Source: Candidatus Eiseniibacteriota bacterium (GTDB taxonomy: Bacteria > Eisenbacteria > RBG-16-71-46). From it: a stretch of DNA of 64,000 nucleotides. The DNA is taken from NCBI GenBank assembly GCA_038231135.1, contig JBBRLX010000008.1, positions 1-64,000 on the forward strand. The letters are read 5' to 3'. Positions within the stretch are counted from its first letter, which is position 1; each line of letters starts with the position of its first letter. The position numbers and the translations under genes were made by a program. Positions 10,201-18,614 of this stretch are shown piece by piece. Under the pieces are notes generated by a model. The model saw only the letters and a program-made list of their open reading frames with translations. It was not told the origin of the DNA and did no database searches.

Positions 10201-11153
10201 ATCGGGTCGCAGCCGTCATTGGGATTGGTGGACCCGACTCCGCCGCCATTGTTGTCCGTCAGCAGCACGACGTTGCCCGTCAGGCCGGCGTTGGTGAGCG
10301 GCGCGCCGAACGTCGCGTCCTGGCCGACGTAGCTCTGTCCGGCAATTCCGCCCGGCGAGTTCACCAGCACACGCGCCACGCCGACGGTCTGGAACACGCC
10401 CGCTTGCGCGACGCCCTTGGGCCCGTCCCACACCAGCTTGTCGAGCGCGAGCGCGGACGCGGTGCGCTGACCGGCGGTGTTCACGTCCCAGTGCGTGCTG
10501 GTCGTGCGGTCGAACAGGAACTTGTCGAAGATGTCCGGCAGTCCGCTCGTATAAGTGCCGGAGGAACCGCTGGTGAGCGTCGCGAACCCGAGACCGTGGC
10601 CCATCTCGTGCAGGACCACCGGCAACAGCTCGATGTTCGAGCCTTCGTTCCCGTCGGTGCCGTAGTACCAGACCTGGCCGGGGCCGAAGCAGCCGGCATC
10701 GATCGCGGCGTTGAACGTGATCTGCATGTCGTTGCGGACGGGATCGATATCCGTGTTCGCCAGCTTATTGGCGAGCGACTGCTTGTACCAGTGGTTCGCG
10801 ACCGGCGCCCCGGCGAAATTCGCGAACGAGCTCAACGACGACGTGCTGCCCAGCGTCGCGCTCGTCGCGGTGCAGGTCTGGTTCAGCATCTGGGCGTTGA
10901 TCGTGATCGTGACGTTGTCAGGAAGGATGCCGCCCCAGATATTCGCCGCGGTCTGGAAGATGAACAACCGCTGCTGGCCGAGCGTCGTTCCCGGGTTGCC
11001 GGCGACCGGTGCGCGCGGGGTCGGGTCATTGAAGCCCAACGTCCCGGTGTTGATGTTGTTGATGATGATCGTGCCCGCGTTGGCGAGCGAAATGCCGAGG
11101 CCGAGCGACAACAGCGCGGCCAGGGCCGCCGACTTCAACAGGGAGGTACGCAT
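7257..11153 (-). CDS. Secreted multidomain zinc metallopeptidase (PA domain, cohesin-like, InlB-B-repeat-like, dockerin-like, FlgD-Ig C-terminal domain)
   Basis: Signal peptide. VVLHEMGHGLGF zinc motif. PA domain IALIDRGVCTFVVK...GAVGVII. SHWD...NALMEP. Two ITASAG.NG.I.P.G repeats. Tail PNPSRG...IYSVDGRRIRTI...WDGTDDRG...SGVYFVRF. Confidence 0.88.
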   Translation of the reverse strand: MRTSLLKSAALAALLSLGLGISLANAGTIIINNINTGTLGFNDPTPRAPVAGNPGTTLGQQRLFIFQTAANIWGGILPDNVTITINAQMLNQTCTATSATLGSTSSLSSFANFAGAPVANHWYKQSLANKLANTDIDPVRNDMQITFNAAIDAGCFGPGQVWYYGTDGNEGSNIELLPVVLHEMGHGLGFATLTSGSSGTYTSGLPDIFDKFLFDRTTSTHWDVNTAGQRTASALALDKLVWDGPKGVAQAGVFQTVGVARVLVNSPGGIAGQSYVGQDATFGAPLTNAGLTGNVVLLTDNNGGGVGSTNPNDGCDPITNAAALAGNIALIDRGVCTFVVKCKAAQDAGAVGVIIVNNAAGLPGMGGADPTITIPCIGISQADGNTIKANLASGVNVTVGRDPVQKAGLDPSGRPKMYTPNPFVSGSSVSHWDISLTPNALMEPNLNNDLHNTVDITNGQLRDIGWFPAYVGAQSTSTVICPSNSCVTMPVNIKRFDDVLTPMLAFSVTLQLSGGLSLCSGTSSISEGSYLNSAGATSFLVVDNGGGSYTVDGAVLGTGCGPTAQTGTLFNLGLASGGANGTGTVTVTSVLLRDCNNAPLQVMPDTPGTVPIDNAAPVVAVTAPNGGESWLIGTSQSITWTATDNVAVANVDLEYSTDGGATYPNVIATAIPNSGSFAWMVPNTPTTQARVRVTAHDTGCSAGFDASDANFTIRDPVITASAGPNGTIAPNGPTSVPYGTNQTFTITPAACYSIADVLVDGGSVGPVATYTFNTVTADHTIAASFVINTYTIVASAGTGGSITPSGNVVVSCGANQGFSIAPDACHTIGDVLVDGVSVGAVSSYTFSNVQASHTIAASFNAIVATVPAVSSLAAVQVKTGNDNDGTTKTTLTFTAPGGTSVEVWRKGFGSYPTYDNGGGAPPTSPASYPPAGWTLTTVTATGQTDETTSRDYWYFVAYAKDACSNVSMVSNMTTGTLGYHLGDVTDGTTPGQGDNTVTTADISLLGAHYGVSGGALAGFEYLDVGPTSTNHPDGLPLTDSAVNFEDLVMFALNFTPNASLAVAPASGGLTHEVASTNMVAVGAAEAVLAGEIVDVPVELTGAGDLQAVSVALRWDPKVVEPVGVTAGEMISAPRGVVLSPSAGTVDAALLGAGSRIAGHGLLATVRFRAIAAGTPAIGVERVIGRDGENSSVAVMTGTLAVTANVATKTELQPVVPNPSRGSSVLTFSLVAAAHVDLSIYSVDGRRIRTIASGMHQAGTFRFAWDGTDDRGTSLKSGVYFVRFVGSGVQKTRLVTLIH

Positions 11154-11699
11154 TTAGCGATCCTCCCGCGGCGCCGGTGCCGGCGCGGCCGGCGTCTTGA
11201 GCGCCGCCTTGGGGTCGGTCGTGCAGGTGAAGACGCGGTGTCCTCTGGAATCGATCTTTACGACCACGGCGTCTTCGATCTGACCGGTGAGCACTTCGAT
11301 TCCGCCCTGAGCCAGCTTGATCACCGGCAGATTCGCACGGTCGATCTCGACCGGCGCCTCGCGCGCGAGGATCGCGGCGTTCTCGGCGGTCGGTGGGCCG
11401 ACCTGACCGGTTTCGGGATCCTTGAAGATGCGCATCCCGGCCTCACCGGCAGCCGGAGCGGTGTTCGCCGCGGCAGTCGTCTTGTGAGCGGTGGACGGGC
11501 TCTTGGGAACGCGTGCATGTGCCGCGAGGCGGGCTGCCCCCGCCGGAGTCACGTGCGCAGCGGTTTTTCGAACGGTGGCGCCTGCGTGTCGGGAGGCCGA
11601 CCGGGGCACGGACGCCGTGCCCCAAGCGATGCTGGCGACGACGAGCAAGGCACCCGCGAGGATCAGGATCCTGCTGTAACGAGGAACATCGCGATTCAT
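11154..11699 (-). CDS. Small secreted protein (GMRIFKDPETGQVGPPT motif) abutting the peptidase gene
   Basis: Signal peptide, Ala-rich linker and a compact C-terminal domain. GGAGG RBS. Its TAA directly precedes the peptidase ATG. Confidence 0.8.
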   Translation of the reverse strand: MNRDVPRYSRILILAGALLVVASIAWGTASVPRSASRHAGATVRKTAAHVTPAGAARLAAHARVPKSPSTAHKTTAAANTAPAAGEAGMRIFKDPETGQVGPPTAENAAILAREAPVEIDRANLPVIKLAQGGIEVLTGQIEDAVVVKIDSRGHRVFTCTTDPKAALKTPAAPAPAPREDR

Positions 11700-12014
11700 C
11701 AGTGGCCTCCAGAAGTGGGGGACTACAAATGAAGGATCCCGTGCCGCGGGTAGGATGAGTTCGTGCGGAACGGAAGAAGCTCGAGCCTGACGTCGAAATC
11801 ATGACAGGCGGCGGCGGGAGCCAAGGTAATTTCAATGGTCAGGACAATGCAAGGGAAATGACCGGTTTTCGTGAGACGAACACGGGATTCGTCCTGGGGG
11901 ACGGGGAGTCGTACCGATCGGCGGGGATGGGCCGGACAACGGGAGTCCAGTGCGAGAACTGGGCTGTCGGGTCGGGCGAACCTCGGTGGCGTGGTGCGAC
12001 TGGGGCGCGGCCGA

Positions 12015-12659
12015 TTACTCGGTCGTCGCAAGCACGAACGGCAGCTCCTGCACGCTCACCGGCGAGAACGAGTACCGGTGGAGCGGGCAGGGACCGTGCT
12101 GACCGAGCATCGCGAGGTGTTCCGGGGTCGCGTAGCCCTTATGGCGTGCGAATCCGTACGCGGGGTAGACGCGATCCAGCCGTTCCATGATGCGGTCGCG
12201 AACCACCTTGGCGAGGATCGACGCGGCCGCGATCGACAGCATCCGCGCGTCGCCGTCGACCAGCGCGTGCTGGCGGCACGGCAGATCGGGGATCTCGTCG
12301 CTGCCGTCGACCAGCACCACCTCGGGCGCCACCCGCAGTTTGCGCACCGACGCGCACATTGCGCGCAGGCTCGCGCGGCGGATGTTCGCGAGGTCGATCG
12401 TCCGCGGGCCGATCACGGTCCACGAAAACGCCCGGGCCTCGACGAGAACCCGGGCGAACAGCTGACTGCGAATCTCGGGATCGACCTTCTTGCTGTCGTC
12501 GAGTCCCTGCCAGCCCTTGCGTGTCGCGAGCACCACGGCGGCCGCGACCACCGGGCCCGCGAGCGGGCCGCGACCGGCCTCGTCGACTCCCGCGACCACC
12601 GCGTCCCCGACGAAACGGGTCTCGGCGCGGGCCAGGCGGCGCCACGCGACCGACTTCAC
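12015..12659 (-). CDS. rnhB: Ribonuclease HII
   Basis: AGVDEAGRGPLAGPV, LDDSKK, SIAAASILAKVVRD and HKGY motifs. GTG start overlaps the rplS stop. Confidence 0.97.
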   Translation of the reverse strand: MKSVAWRRLARAETRFVGDAVVAGVDEAGRGPLAGPVVAAAVVLATRKGWQGLDDSKKVDPEIRSQLFARVLVEARAFSWTVIGPRTIDLANIRRASLRAMCASVRKLRVAPEVVLVDGSDEIPDLPCRQHALVDGDARMLSIAAASILAKVVRDRIMERLDRVYPAYGFARHKGYATPEHLAMLGQHGPCPLHRYSFSPVSVQELPFVLATTE

Positions 12660-13072
12660 GTCGCGGCGGGTTCTGGAACCTTCTTCGTGGGCTTCTCGGT
12701 CGCGGCCTTGCCCGCCGGGGCGGGCTTCTTCTCGGCGCGCTCGGTGAGGCGCGCGCTCTTGCCCGTGAGGCTGCGGAGATAGAACAGCTTCGCGCGGCGC
12801 ACCTTCGAGTGCTTCATCACCTTGATGTCGGCGACCGACGGACTGCTCACCGGGAACGTGCGCTCCACGCCGATGCCTTCGCTGATCTTGCGGACCGTGA
12901 AGCTCTTGCGAACGCCGCTGCCGCGGACGTTGATCACCTCGCCGCGGAACTTCTGCTGGCGTTCCTTGTCACCCTCGATCACACGCACCGAAACTTCGAC
13001 CGTGTCGCCCGGACGCATGTCGGGTCGGTCGGTGCGGATCTGGGCGGCCTCGATTTTCTCGATCAGGCCCAT
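12656..13072 (-). CDS. rplS: 50S ribosomal protein L19
   Basis: PGDTVEV..VIEGDKERQQKF, FTVRKISEGIGVERTFP and VRRAKLFYLR motifs. AAGGAG RBS before ATG 13072. Confidence 0.97.
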   Translation of the reverse strand: MGLIEKIEAAQIRTDRPDMRPGDTVEVSVRVIEGDKERQQKFRGEVINVRGSGVRKSFTVRKISEGIGVERTFPVSSPSVADIKVMKHSKVRRAKLFYLRSLTGKSARLTERAEKKPAPAGKAATEKPTKKVPEPAAT

Positions 13073-13134
13073 GGTGGGCTCCTTTCTGCACCAAAAACTA
13101 CCCGGCGGGACCGGGTCATGTTGAGCGGCGCGGG

Positions 13135-13163
13135 AGTATACACGGGAACCTCTTCCCGGCCAA
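13135..13163 (-). promoter_or_regulatory. Putative sigma70 promoter of rplS-rnhB
   Basis: TTGGCC-N17-TATACT on the minus strand. Confidence 0.55.
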
Positions 13164-13206
13164 TCGGTTTGCCCTACGGTTTGCCCGACGGGCCCCGAAG
13201 CCCATG

Positions 13207-13237
13207 GAAAACGGGCGGCCCCCTGGGGGACCGCCCG
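13207..13237 (-). terminator. Rho-independent terminator after the secreted-protein gene
   Basis: Minus strand reads cgggcggtccccc-a-gggggccgcccg-tttt. Confidence 0.7.
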
Positions 13238-13257
13238 ATTCCGTGATGCCGCTGCTG

Positions 13258-16200
13258 TTACTTGATGATCAACATCTTGCGCATCTGGACGAACTGCCCG
13301 GTCTTGAGCGCGCTCGCCTCCATCTTGCAGACGTACATGCCCGGGGCGAGGGTCCGGCCGTTCGCTCCCGTGCCGTCCCACTCGATCGTGCGGCGGCCGG
13401 CTTCGAACGCACCGTTGGCGAGCGTTCCCACCCGCTGACCGGCGACCGTGTAGACGCCGATCCGCACCTGACTGCGCTCCGGCAGAGCGAACGCGATCGT
13501 GGTACGGGCGCCCGCGGCGAACGGGTTCGGGAAGTTCTGCGAGAACTCGAACCGCTGCGGCAGCGAGTTGGCCGCCATCACCGGCTTCATGTAGTCGCCC
13601 ACCGGCGGCCGCGTGCCGGAACCGTCATCGTAGGCCGTCATCATCAAGTTCTGCGCCACGACCACGCGAGTGCAGGCGTGTCCGGCGTCGCCGCCGTCCG
13701 ACGACTGCTGATCACCGTCGTGAAGGATGGTGTAGAGCCGGTACCGATGACCCGGAACGAATCCGAACTGATTCACGTTCCACGACACTTCGGCTCCGTA
13801 GCCCTCATCGGCATAGGCGCCGAATCCACCCGGGGGAACCGCGCTGCCGCCACCGAGGTTCCAGTGGTTCTGCGCCGGCGACGGGTCCATCTGAATCGTG
13901 ACCGCGTTGCCCAGGTACTTGTACACGCGGCGCACGCCGTAGGTCCACACGCCGCACACCTGGCGCGCGGGGATGCCGACGGTGCTGCCGAACTGCCAGT
14001 CACCCGCACGACTGTCCTTGTTGAGCGTGATGTCGGTCACATAGAGCACCGGCCAGATCGGACGGCCGCCATCGACGGCGGTGTCGTTGCCGGTCAGGTC
14101 CCCGGACTGGTTGGTCGCACCGAGCGCCGGATTGACGACGCAGGTCGGAGACACCGGGCTCGGCGTGGTCGCGAAGTCGTTCACGGTTGAATCGGTGGGC
14201 GACGTGTACACGACGACCCGGCGGATGCCGGCGGCCAGCGCGAACTCGTCGTTGTACCAGATCCGCAGCGTGGAATCCGTCGGGCAGCCACTGCGGCCCG
14301 GCACCACGGCGCGGATGATGCCCGACTCGTGGAATGCCTGCAGCGAGCGCGGCAGGCTGCTGCTGTCAGGATAGAACAGGCTGCAACGGCACGACGACGT
14401 CGGCCGGTCGGTCACCGTCTTGGAGCAGGTCGAGGTCGAGTTGCCGCAAGCCGCGCTCGTCACCGTCAGCGTGTAGGTGCCGGGCGAGGGGATCGTGATG
14501 CAGCGCGTCGTGGCACCGGTGCTCCACACATATGACAATCCCGATCCGTTCGGGCCACACAGCACACCCGTGCTATCCGGATCGAGGTCGTCGGGACCGA
14601 TGATCGAGCAGGCCACCTGCATGCCGAGCGTCACCAGCTTGGTGCAGGTCGAGCTGCCGCAGGTCGGCGACGACACCGTCAGCGTGTAGCTGCCGGCGCC
14701 ATTGATCGTGATGCAGCGCGTCGTGGCGCCCGTGCTCCAGGCATACGTGAACACCTGGCCCTGGAAGCCTTCGGGACCGCACAGCTGGGCGGTCTGGTTG
14801 GCGCAGATCGAATCCGGACCCGTGATGCTGCAGGTCGGCGTCGTGCTGGCCGTCAGCGCCTTGGAGCAGGTCACGGGACCGCAGGAGCCGCCCGTCACCG
14901 TCAGCGTGTAGGTAGCCTGCGCCGTCACTGAGATGCAGCGCGTCGTGGCACCCGTGCTCCACATATAGGTCAGGCCGGCGCCGTCGGGACCGCAGATCTC
15001 GGTCGGAACTCCGCTGCAGATCGTGTTCGGACCGGTGATGATGCACGCGGGACCACTGCCGGAAGTGACCGTGCGCGAGCACGTTGAGGATCCGCAGCCG
15101 TTCGTGGTCGTGAGCGAGAAGGTGCCCGGGCCGTTGATGGTGATGCAGCGGGTCGTAGCGCCCGTGCTCCACGCGTAGGTGAGACCCGCCAGATCGGGGC
15201 CGCACAGCTGGCCCGACTGGCCCTGACACAGCGATGTGGTGCCCGTGATGTCGCACGACGGCAGTGTGCCGCCCGTCACGTTGTGGGAGCAGCTGGACGG
15301 GGGGCAGCCTGGCGCGTTGAGCGTCAGCGTGTAGTTACCCGCCGTGGTGACCGTGATGCACTTGGTCGTGGCGCCCGTGCTCCACGAGTAGGTGAAGCCG
15401 GTGCCGTCCGGTCCGCACAGCTGAATCGGCTTACCGGGGCACACGCTGCTCGCGCCGGCGATGACGCATGCCGGCAAGCCGGGCGAGCCGAAACCGCCGA
15501 GAGCGAAGTCCTTGAGCTCGGCGGTCCACGACTGCGAGGACCGCGTCTTCACCATGATCGTCGCGGGGCTGCCGCACGAGCCGCCAAAGTTCGGATTCGC
15601 GAGCAGGTCGCCCCGGAACGCGACTTCGAAGAACTGATGGGGCTCGTACGCGGTAGCGACGGTGCCCTCCTCGACCACGGCGCCACACGGCGTCGGGGCG
15701 GTGGTCTCGTTGTTCGCCACGAACAGCTTGCCGGTCCATACGGATTCCGGAATGATGACGAACTGCGTGCCGTCCCAGCGGCGCAGTGACGGGATCGCCT
15801 GGCGCCCGCCGTTCACCTCGTCGACGCTCACCAGCAGGTCGCCGATCGTGCGGCCACCGTTCGGACCGAGGCCGTAGATGATGCCCTCGTCGACGCCCTG
15901 GATCACCACGCCGGCCTGGTTGAATTCGAAGTCGGTGTGATTGTCACCCTGGGCCGCACGCGTGCCCGCGGCCATCATCACCCACACGTTCCCCGCGTTA
16001 TCGGAACGGGAATGCGTGTAGATCTCCGTGATGTCGTTCTTCTGCGGATTGCCGCCCTTGGTCGACCAGTTCCACGGACTCGCGTGGATGTCGATGTTGT
16101 CCTGGTTCTTGTTCGAGCGGGTCTTGAACTTGGCATCGACCCCGTTGCGCCACACGTTGTCGTGGCCGAGGAACGCCGGCATCTGGGCCGGGTTGCCGGC

Positions 16201-16494
16201 GCAGGTCGACGGGTTGAGCACACCGGTGCCGCCGTTCGCCGGGAACCAGTCGAGGCCGCCGGAGTTGCTCAGCAGATCGCCGTCGATCTCGAAGCCTGCG
16301 GGATTGCCTTTATAGCTCTTGGCGGGTGGCGCCACCGTGGTCTTGACGCCGGAGCCGCTGCTGGAGCCTGCGTCGGTGGTGGAGCGATCCTGGGCGAACG
16401 CCGAAACGGCGCAACACAGCAGAGCGATGACGAGCATGGCAACCCAGCGAGCGGCCGGTTGCGGTTCGTGTGTATGGCGAAGTCGACCCAACAT
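13258..16494 (-). CDS. Secreted protein: N-terminal domain, 5 Cys-rich Ig-like repeats, uncharacterised domain, FlgD-Ig/T9SS-like C-terminal domain
   Basis: AAAGGA RBS before ATG 16494 (MLGRLRH...). Signal peptide ending AFA-Q. Five C.I.G....C.....LCGP...WSTGATT.CI repeats. Tail SQNFPNPF...IAFALP...VYTVAGQRV...WDG...PGMYVCKM. Confidence 0.9.
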   Translation of the reverse strand: MLGRLRHTHEPQPAARWVAMLVIALLCCAVSAFAQDRSTTDAGSSSGSGVKTTVAPPAKSYKGNPAGFEIDGDLLSNSGGLDWFPANGGTGVLNPSTCAGNPAQMPAFLGHDNVWRNGVDAKFKTRSNKNQDNIDIHASPWNWSTKGGNPQKNDITEIYTHSRSDNAGNVWVMMAAGTRAAQGDNHTDFEFNQAGVVIQGVDEGIIYGLGPNGGRTIGDLLVSVDEVNGGRQAIPSLRRWDGTQFVIIPESVWTGKLFVANNETTAPTPCGAVVEEGTVATAYEPHQFFEVAFRGDLLANPNFGGSCGSPATIMVKTRSSQSWTAELKDFALGGFGSPGLPACVIAGASSVCPGKPIQLCGPDGTGFTYSWSTGATTKCITVTTAGNYTLTLNAPGCPPSSCSHNVTGGTLPSCDITGTTSLCQGQSGQLCGPDLAGLTYAWSTGATTRCITINGPGTFSLTTTNGCGSSTCSRTVTSGSGPACIITGPNTICSGVPTEICGPDGAGLTYMWSTGATTRCISVTAQATYTLTVTGGSCGPVTCSKALTASTTPTCSITGPDSICANQTAQLCGPEGFQGQVFTYAWSTGATTRCITINGAGSYTLTVSSPTCGSSTCTKLVTLGMQVACSIIGPDDLDPDSTGVLCGPNGSGLSYVWSTGATTRCITIPSPGTYTLTVTSAACGNSTSTCSKTVTDRPTSSCRCSLFYPDSSSLPRSLQAFHESGIIRAVVPGRSGCPTDSTLRIWYNDEFALAAGIRRVVVYTSPTDSTVNDFATTPSPVSPTCVVNPALGATNQSGDLTGNDTAVDGGRPIWPVLYVTDITLNKDSRAGDWQFGSTVGIPARQVCGVWTYGVRRVYKYLGNAVTIQMDPSPAQNHWNLGGGSAVPPGGFGAYADEGYGAEVSWNVNQFGFVPGHRYRLYTILHDGDQQSSDGGDAGHACTRVVVAQNLMMTAYDDGSGTRPPVGDYMKPVMAANSLPQRFEFSQNFPNPFAAGARTTIAFALPERSQVRIGVYTVAGQRVGTLANGAFEAGRRTIEWDGTGANGRTLAPGMYVCKMEASALKTGQFVQMRKMLIIK

Positions 16495-16614
16495 GAAGAT
16501 GTCCTTTCGTTGCTGTGGAGGCGTGATGCGGACTCGGCTGCCATTCACCATCCCGACCAGGTGTCGGCGAGCTTTACGGAAACCGGGGAAAGAACGTGAA
16601 ACCAATGGTCATCT

Positions 16615-16629
16615 TGCAATTACCGTGCA
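16615..16629 (-). promoter_or_regulatory. Conserved upstream motif (TGCA-N7-TGCA), second copy
   Basis: tgcaattaccgtgca, matching 1941-1953. Confidence 0.55.
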
Positions 16630-17315
16630 TACGGAAATCTGGACGGAAAAAACGTCCCTTCAATAGCGACGAACGAACTACGGTCAGCGGCACTAAACTT
16701 CTGGGCGTCCGCGGGGCGAATCGCGCCTCGAAGCGAACGCGAGAGCTTCAGGTATCGAGTGTCCGCACCCAGAGCTGCGAGCGAATTCCCTCAGGCGATC
16801 CGACGGTTTCAGAAGCGCGACACCTGCAGAGGCGCGAAACGAAACCAGCGGCATGACGCCAACGATCTCGCGGTGATCACCGGGACTCGTCCGTGGGTGC
16901 GATGAATCATCAGAGGCCTTTCTGCTGCTCCTGACCTTCGCCGGCTTCGGGCGATGCCGGACGGCCGAAGGAAGGTTTGAGACCGTCGCTGGACCCAAAT
17001 TCTGGAGACGATGCTGCCCCACTGAGGGCGCTACCAGAATAACCTGAACGACAGTCGAATGCGCGTAGAATCCTGAAATTTCCGCGGGATTTTCCGCCGC
17101 TGTTACCGCGGTGTTTCCGCACGCGAGACAACGACGGGACCCGGCGACCACCGTCACAAAACTTCGACTACATGATCGTAAACACGCGATGTCTGAACGG
17201 GGCCATCCGACCCATCATGGAAGCTCCATGGGCCGGGGCAGCAGGTCGAGTTCCGCGAACCGGCCGCTCGCGCGCAAACGCGCCGGCAACCCCGCACTCT
17301 CCCGCACCGATGCGA

Positions 17316-18062
17316 CTACGAGTTCGAGCGCAGCCTCGCCAGCCATCTGCGTTCGTCGGGCGTGAGTTCCGCGAGCTCGAGCAACTCCGGGCGGCGCTCG
17401 ATCGTGCGCCGCAATACCTGCTCGCGGCGATGACGCGCGATCACTGCGTGGTTGCCCGACAGCAGCACCTCCGGAACCTGCCAGCCGCGATATTCCGCCG
17501 GCCGCGTGTAGTAGGCGGCGTCGAGCAGGCCCGAGTGGAACGAATCACTCTCCACCGAGTCGAACGTGCCCACGACTCCCGGCAGCAGCCGCGAGATCGC
17601 GTCCACCACGCACAACGCGGCCGGTTCGCCGCCCGAGATCACGAAGTCGCCGAGCGACCACTCCTCGTCGATCAACTGCTCCGCCACGCGCTCGTCGACT
17701 CCCTTGTAGCGCCCGCACACCAGCACCAGGTGCTCGAGTCCGGCGGATTCGATCGCCAGCGACTGCGTGAAGCGCCGGCCCTGCGGCGAGAACAGCACCA
17801 CCCTGGCGCCCGGCGTCCGGGCGCCGGGAGCCCCCACGCCCAGCGATTCGAGCGCGCGATCGATCGGCTCGATCTTCATGATCATTCCGACGCCGCCGCC
17901 GAACGGATAATCGTCGGTCGTGCGATGCGAGTCCGAGGTGAACTCGCGCAGCCCCACGACCGCCGTTTCGAGTGCCTGCTTCTCGATCGCGATCCGGATC
18001 ATGCCTTCCGCGAACGGTCCGGCGAAGTAGTCGGGGAAGATGCTGAGGATCGAGATCTTCAC
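17316..18062 (-). CDS. trmD: tRNA (guanine37-N1)-methyltransferase
   Basis: DDYPFGGGVGMIMK, LVCGRYKGVDER, SLGDFVISGGE, YTRP and VPEVLLSGNH motifs. GTG 18062 overlaps the rimM stop. Confidence 0.97.
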   Translation of the reverse strand: MKISILSIFPDYFAGPFAEGMIRIAIEKQALETAVVGLREFTSDSHRTTDDYPFGGGVGMIMKIEPIDRALESLGVGAPGARTPGARVVLFSPQGRRFTQSLAIESAGLEHLVLVCGRYKGVDERVAEQLIDEEWSLGDFVISGGEPAALCVVDAISRLLPGVVGTFDSVESDSFHSGLLDAAYYTRPAEYRGWQVPEVLLSGNHAVIARHRREQVLRRTIERRPELLELAELTPDERRWLARLRSNS

Positions 18063-18568
18063 ATCGCGTCCTCGAGCCCGGCCGGCAGGTTCACGGTCAT
18101 GGTGCGGGCTTCGAGGTCGAGCGCGCGCACGATCTCCGGGGCGCCCGGGATCAGCAGTTCCTTCTCGCCCCGCACCACGTACACGCGATGCGCGCCGGTG
18201 AGCAGGATGTCCCCGATCCGGCCCAGCACCCGGCCGTCCTCGGTGCGCACTTCGAGGCCCATGAGCTGGTAGTGGTAGACCTGCCCCGGGCCGGGATCCG
18301 GCAGGCGCTCCGGTTCGGCGAGCAGCTCGCCGTTCGTGAGCTCCGCGGCCTGCTCGCGGGAACGCACGCCCTCGCACCTCACCAGCAGGCGGGTGTTCGC
18401 GGGGCGCACGGCCTCGATGACGACATCTCGCGTGTTGCCGCGCACGTCACGCCACGTGCAGCGCTCGAGATCGGTCAGCTCGGCCGGAGTCAGCGAGCAG
18501 CCGTCGAGATGCATCTCGCCGTCGATTCCGTGCGGCCGGCCGATGCGGCCGATCAGGATCAGGGACAT
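18059..18568 (-). CDS. rimM: 16S rRNA processing protein RimM
   Basis: IGRIGRPHGIDGE, YHYQLMGLEV, TGAHRVYVV and ELLIP motifs. Synteny with trmD. Confidence 0.95.
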   Translation of the reverse strand: MSLILIGRIGRPHGIDGEMHLDGCSLTPAELTDLERCTWRDVRGNTRDVVIEAVRPANTRLLVRCEGVRSREQAAELTNGELLAEPERLPDPGPGQVYHYQLMGLEVRTEDGRVLGRIGDILLTGAHRVYVVRGEKELLIPGAPEIVRALDLEARTMTVNLPAGLEDAM

Positions 18569-18614
18569 GACGGACCCGTCGATGACGGTCGCCGCATCGA
18601 TCGCCGGCTGTTCG

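Noticed and set aside
7836..11732. 1298-aa plus-strand ORF
   Set aside because: Antisense shadow of the peptidase and its partner; the equal length is coincidental.
11849..11863. GGTCAT-N5-TTGC as a sigma54 promoter for the peptidase operon
   Set aside because: GG is off-register and there is no second supporting instance; too weak.
13165..13195. GGGCAAACC on the minus strand resembling the c-di-GMP-I riboswitch 5' motif
   Set aside because: No GAAA-loop P2 stem or downstream GACGCAAAGC element, and it lies upstream of the predicted promoter.
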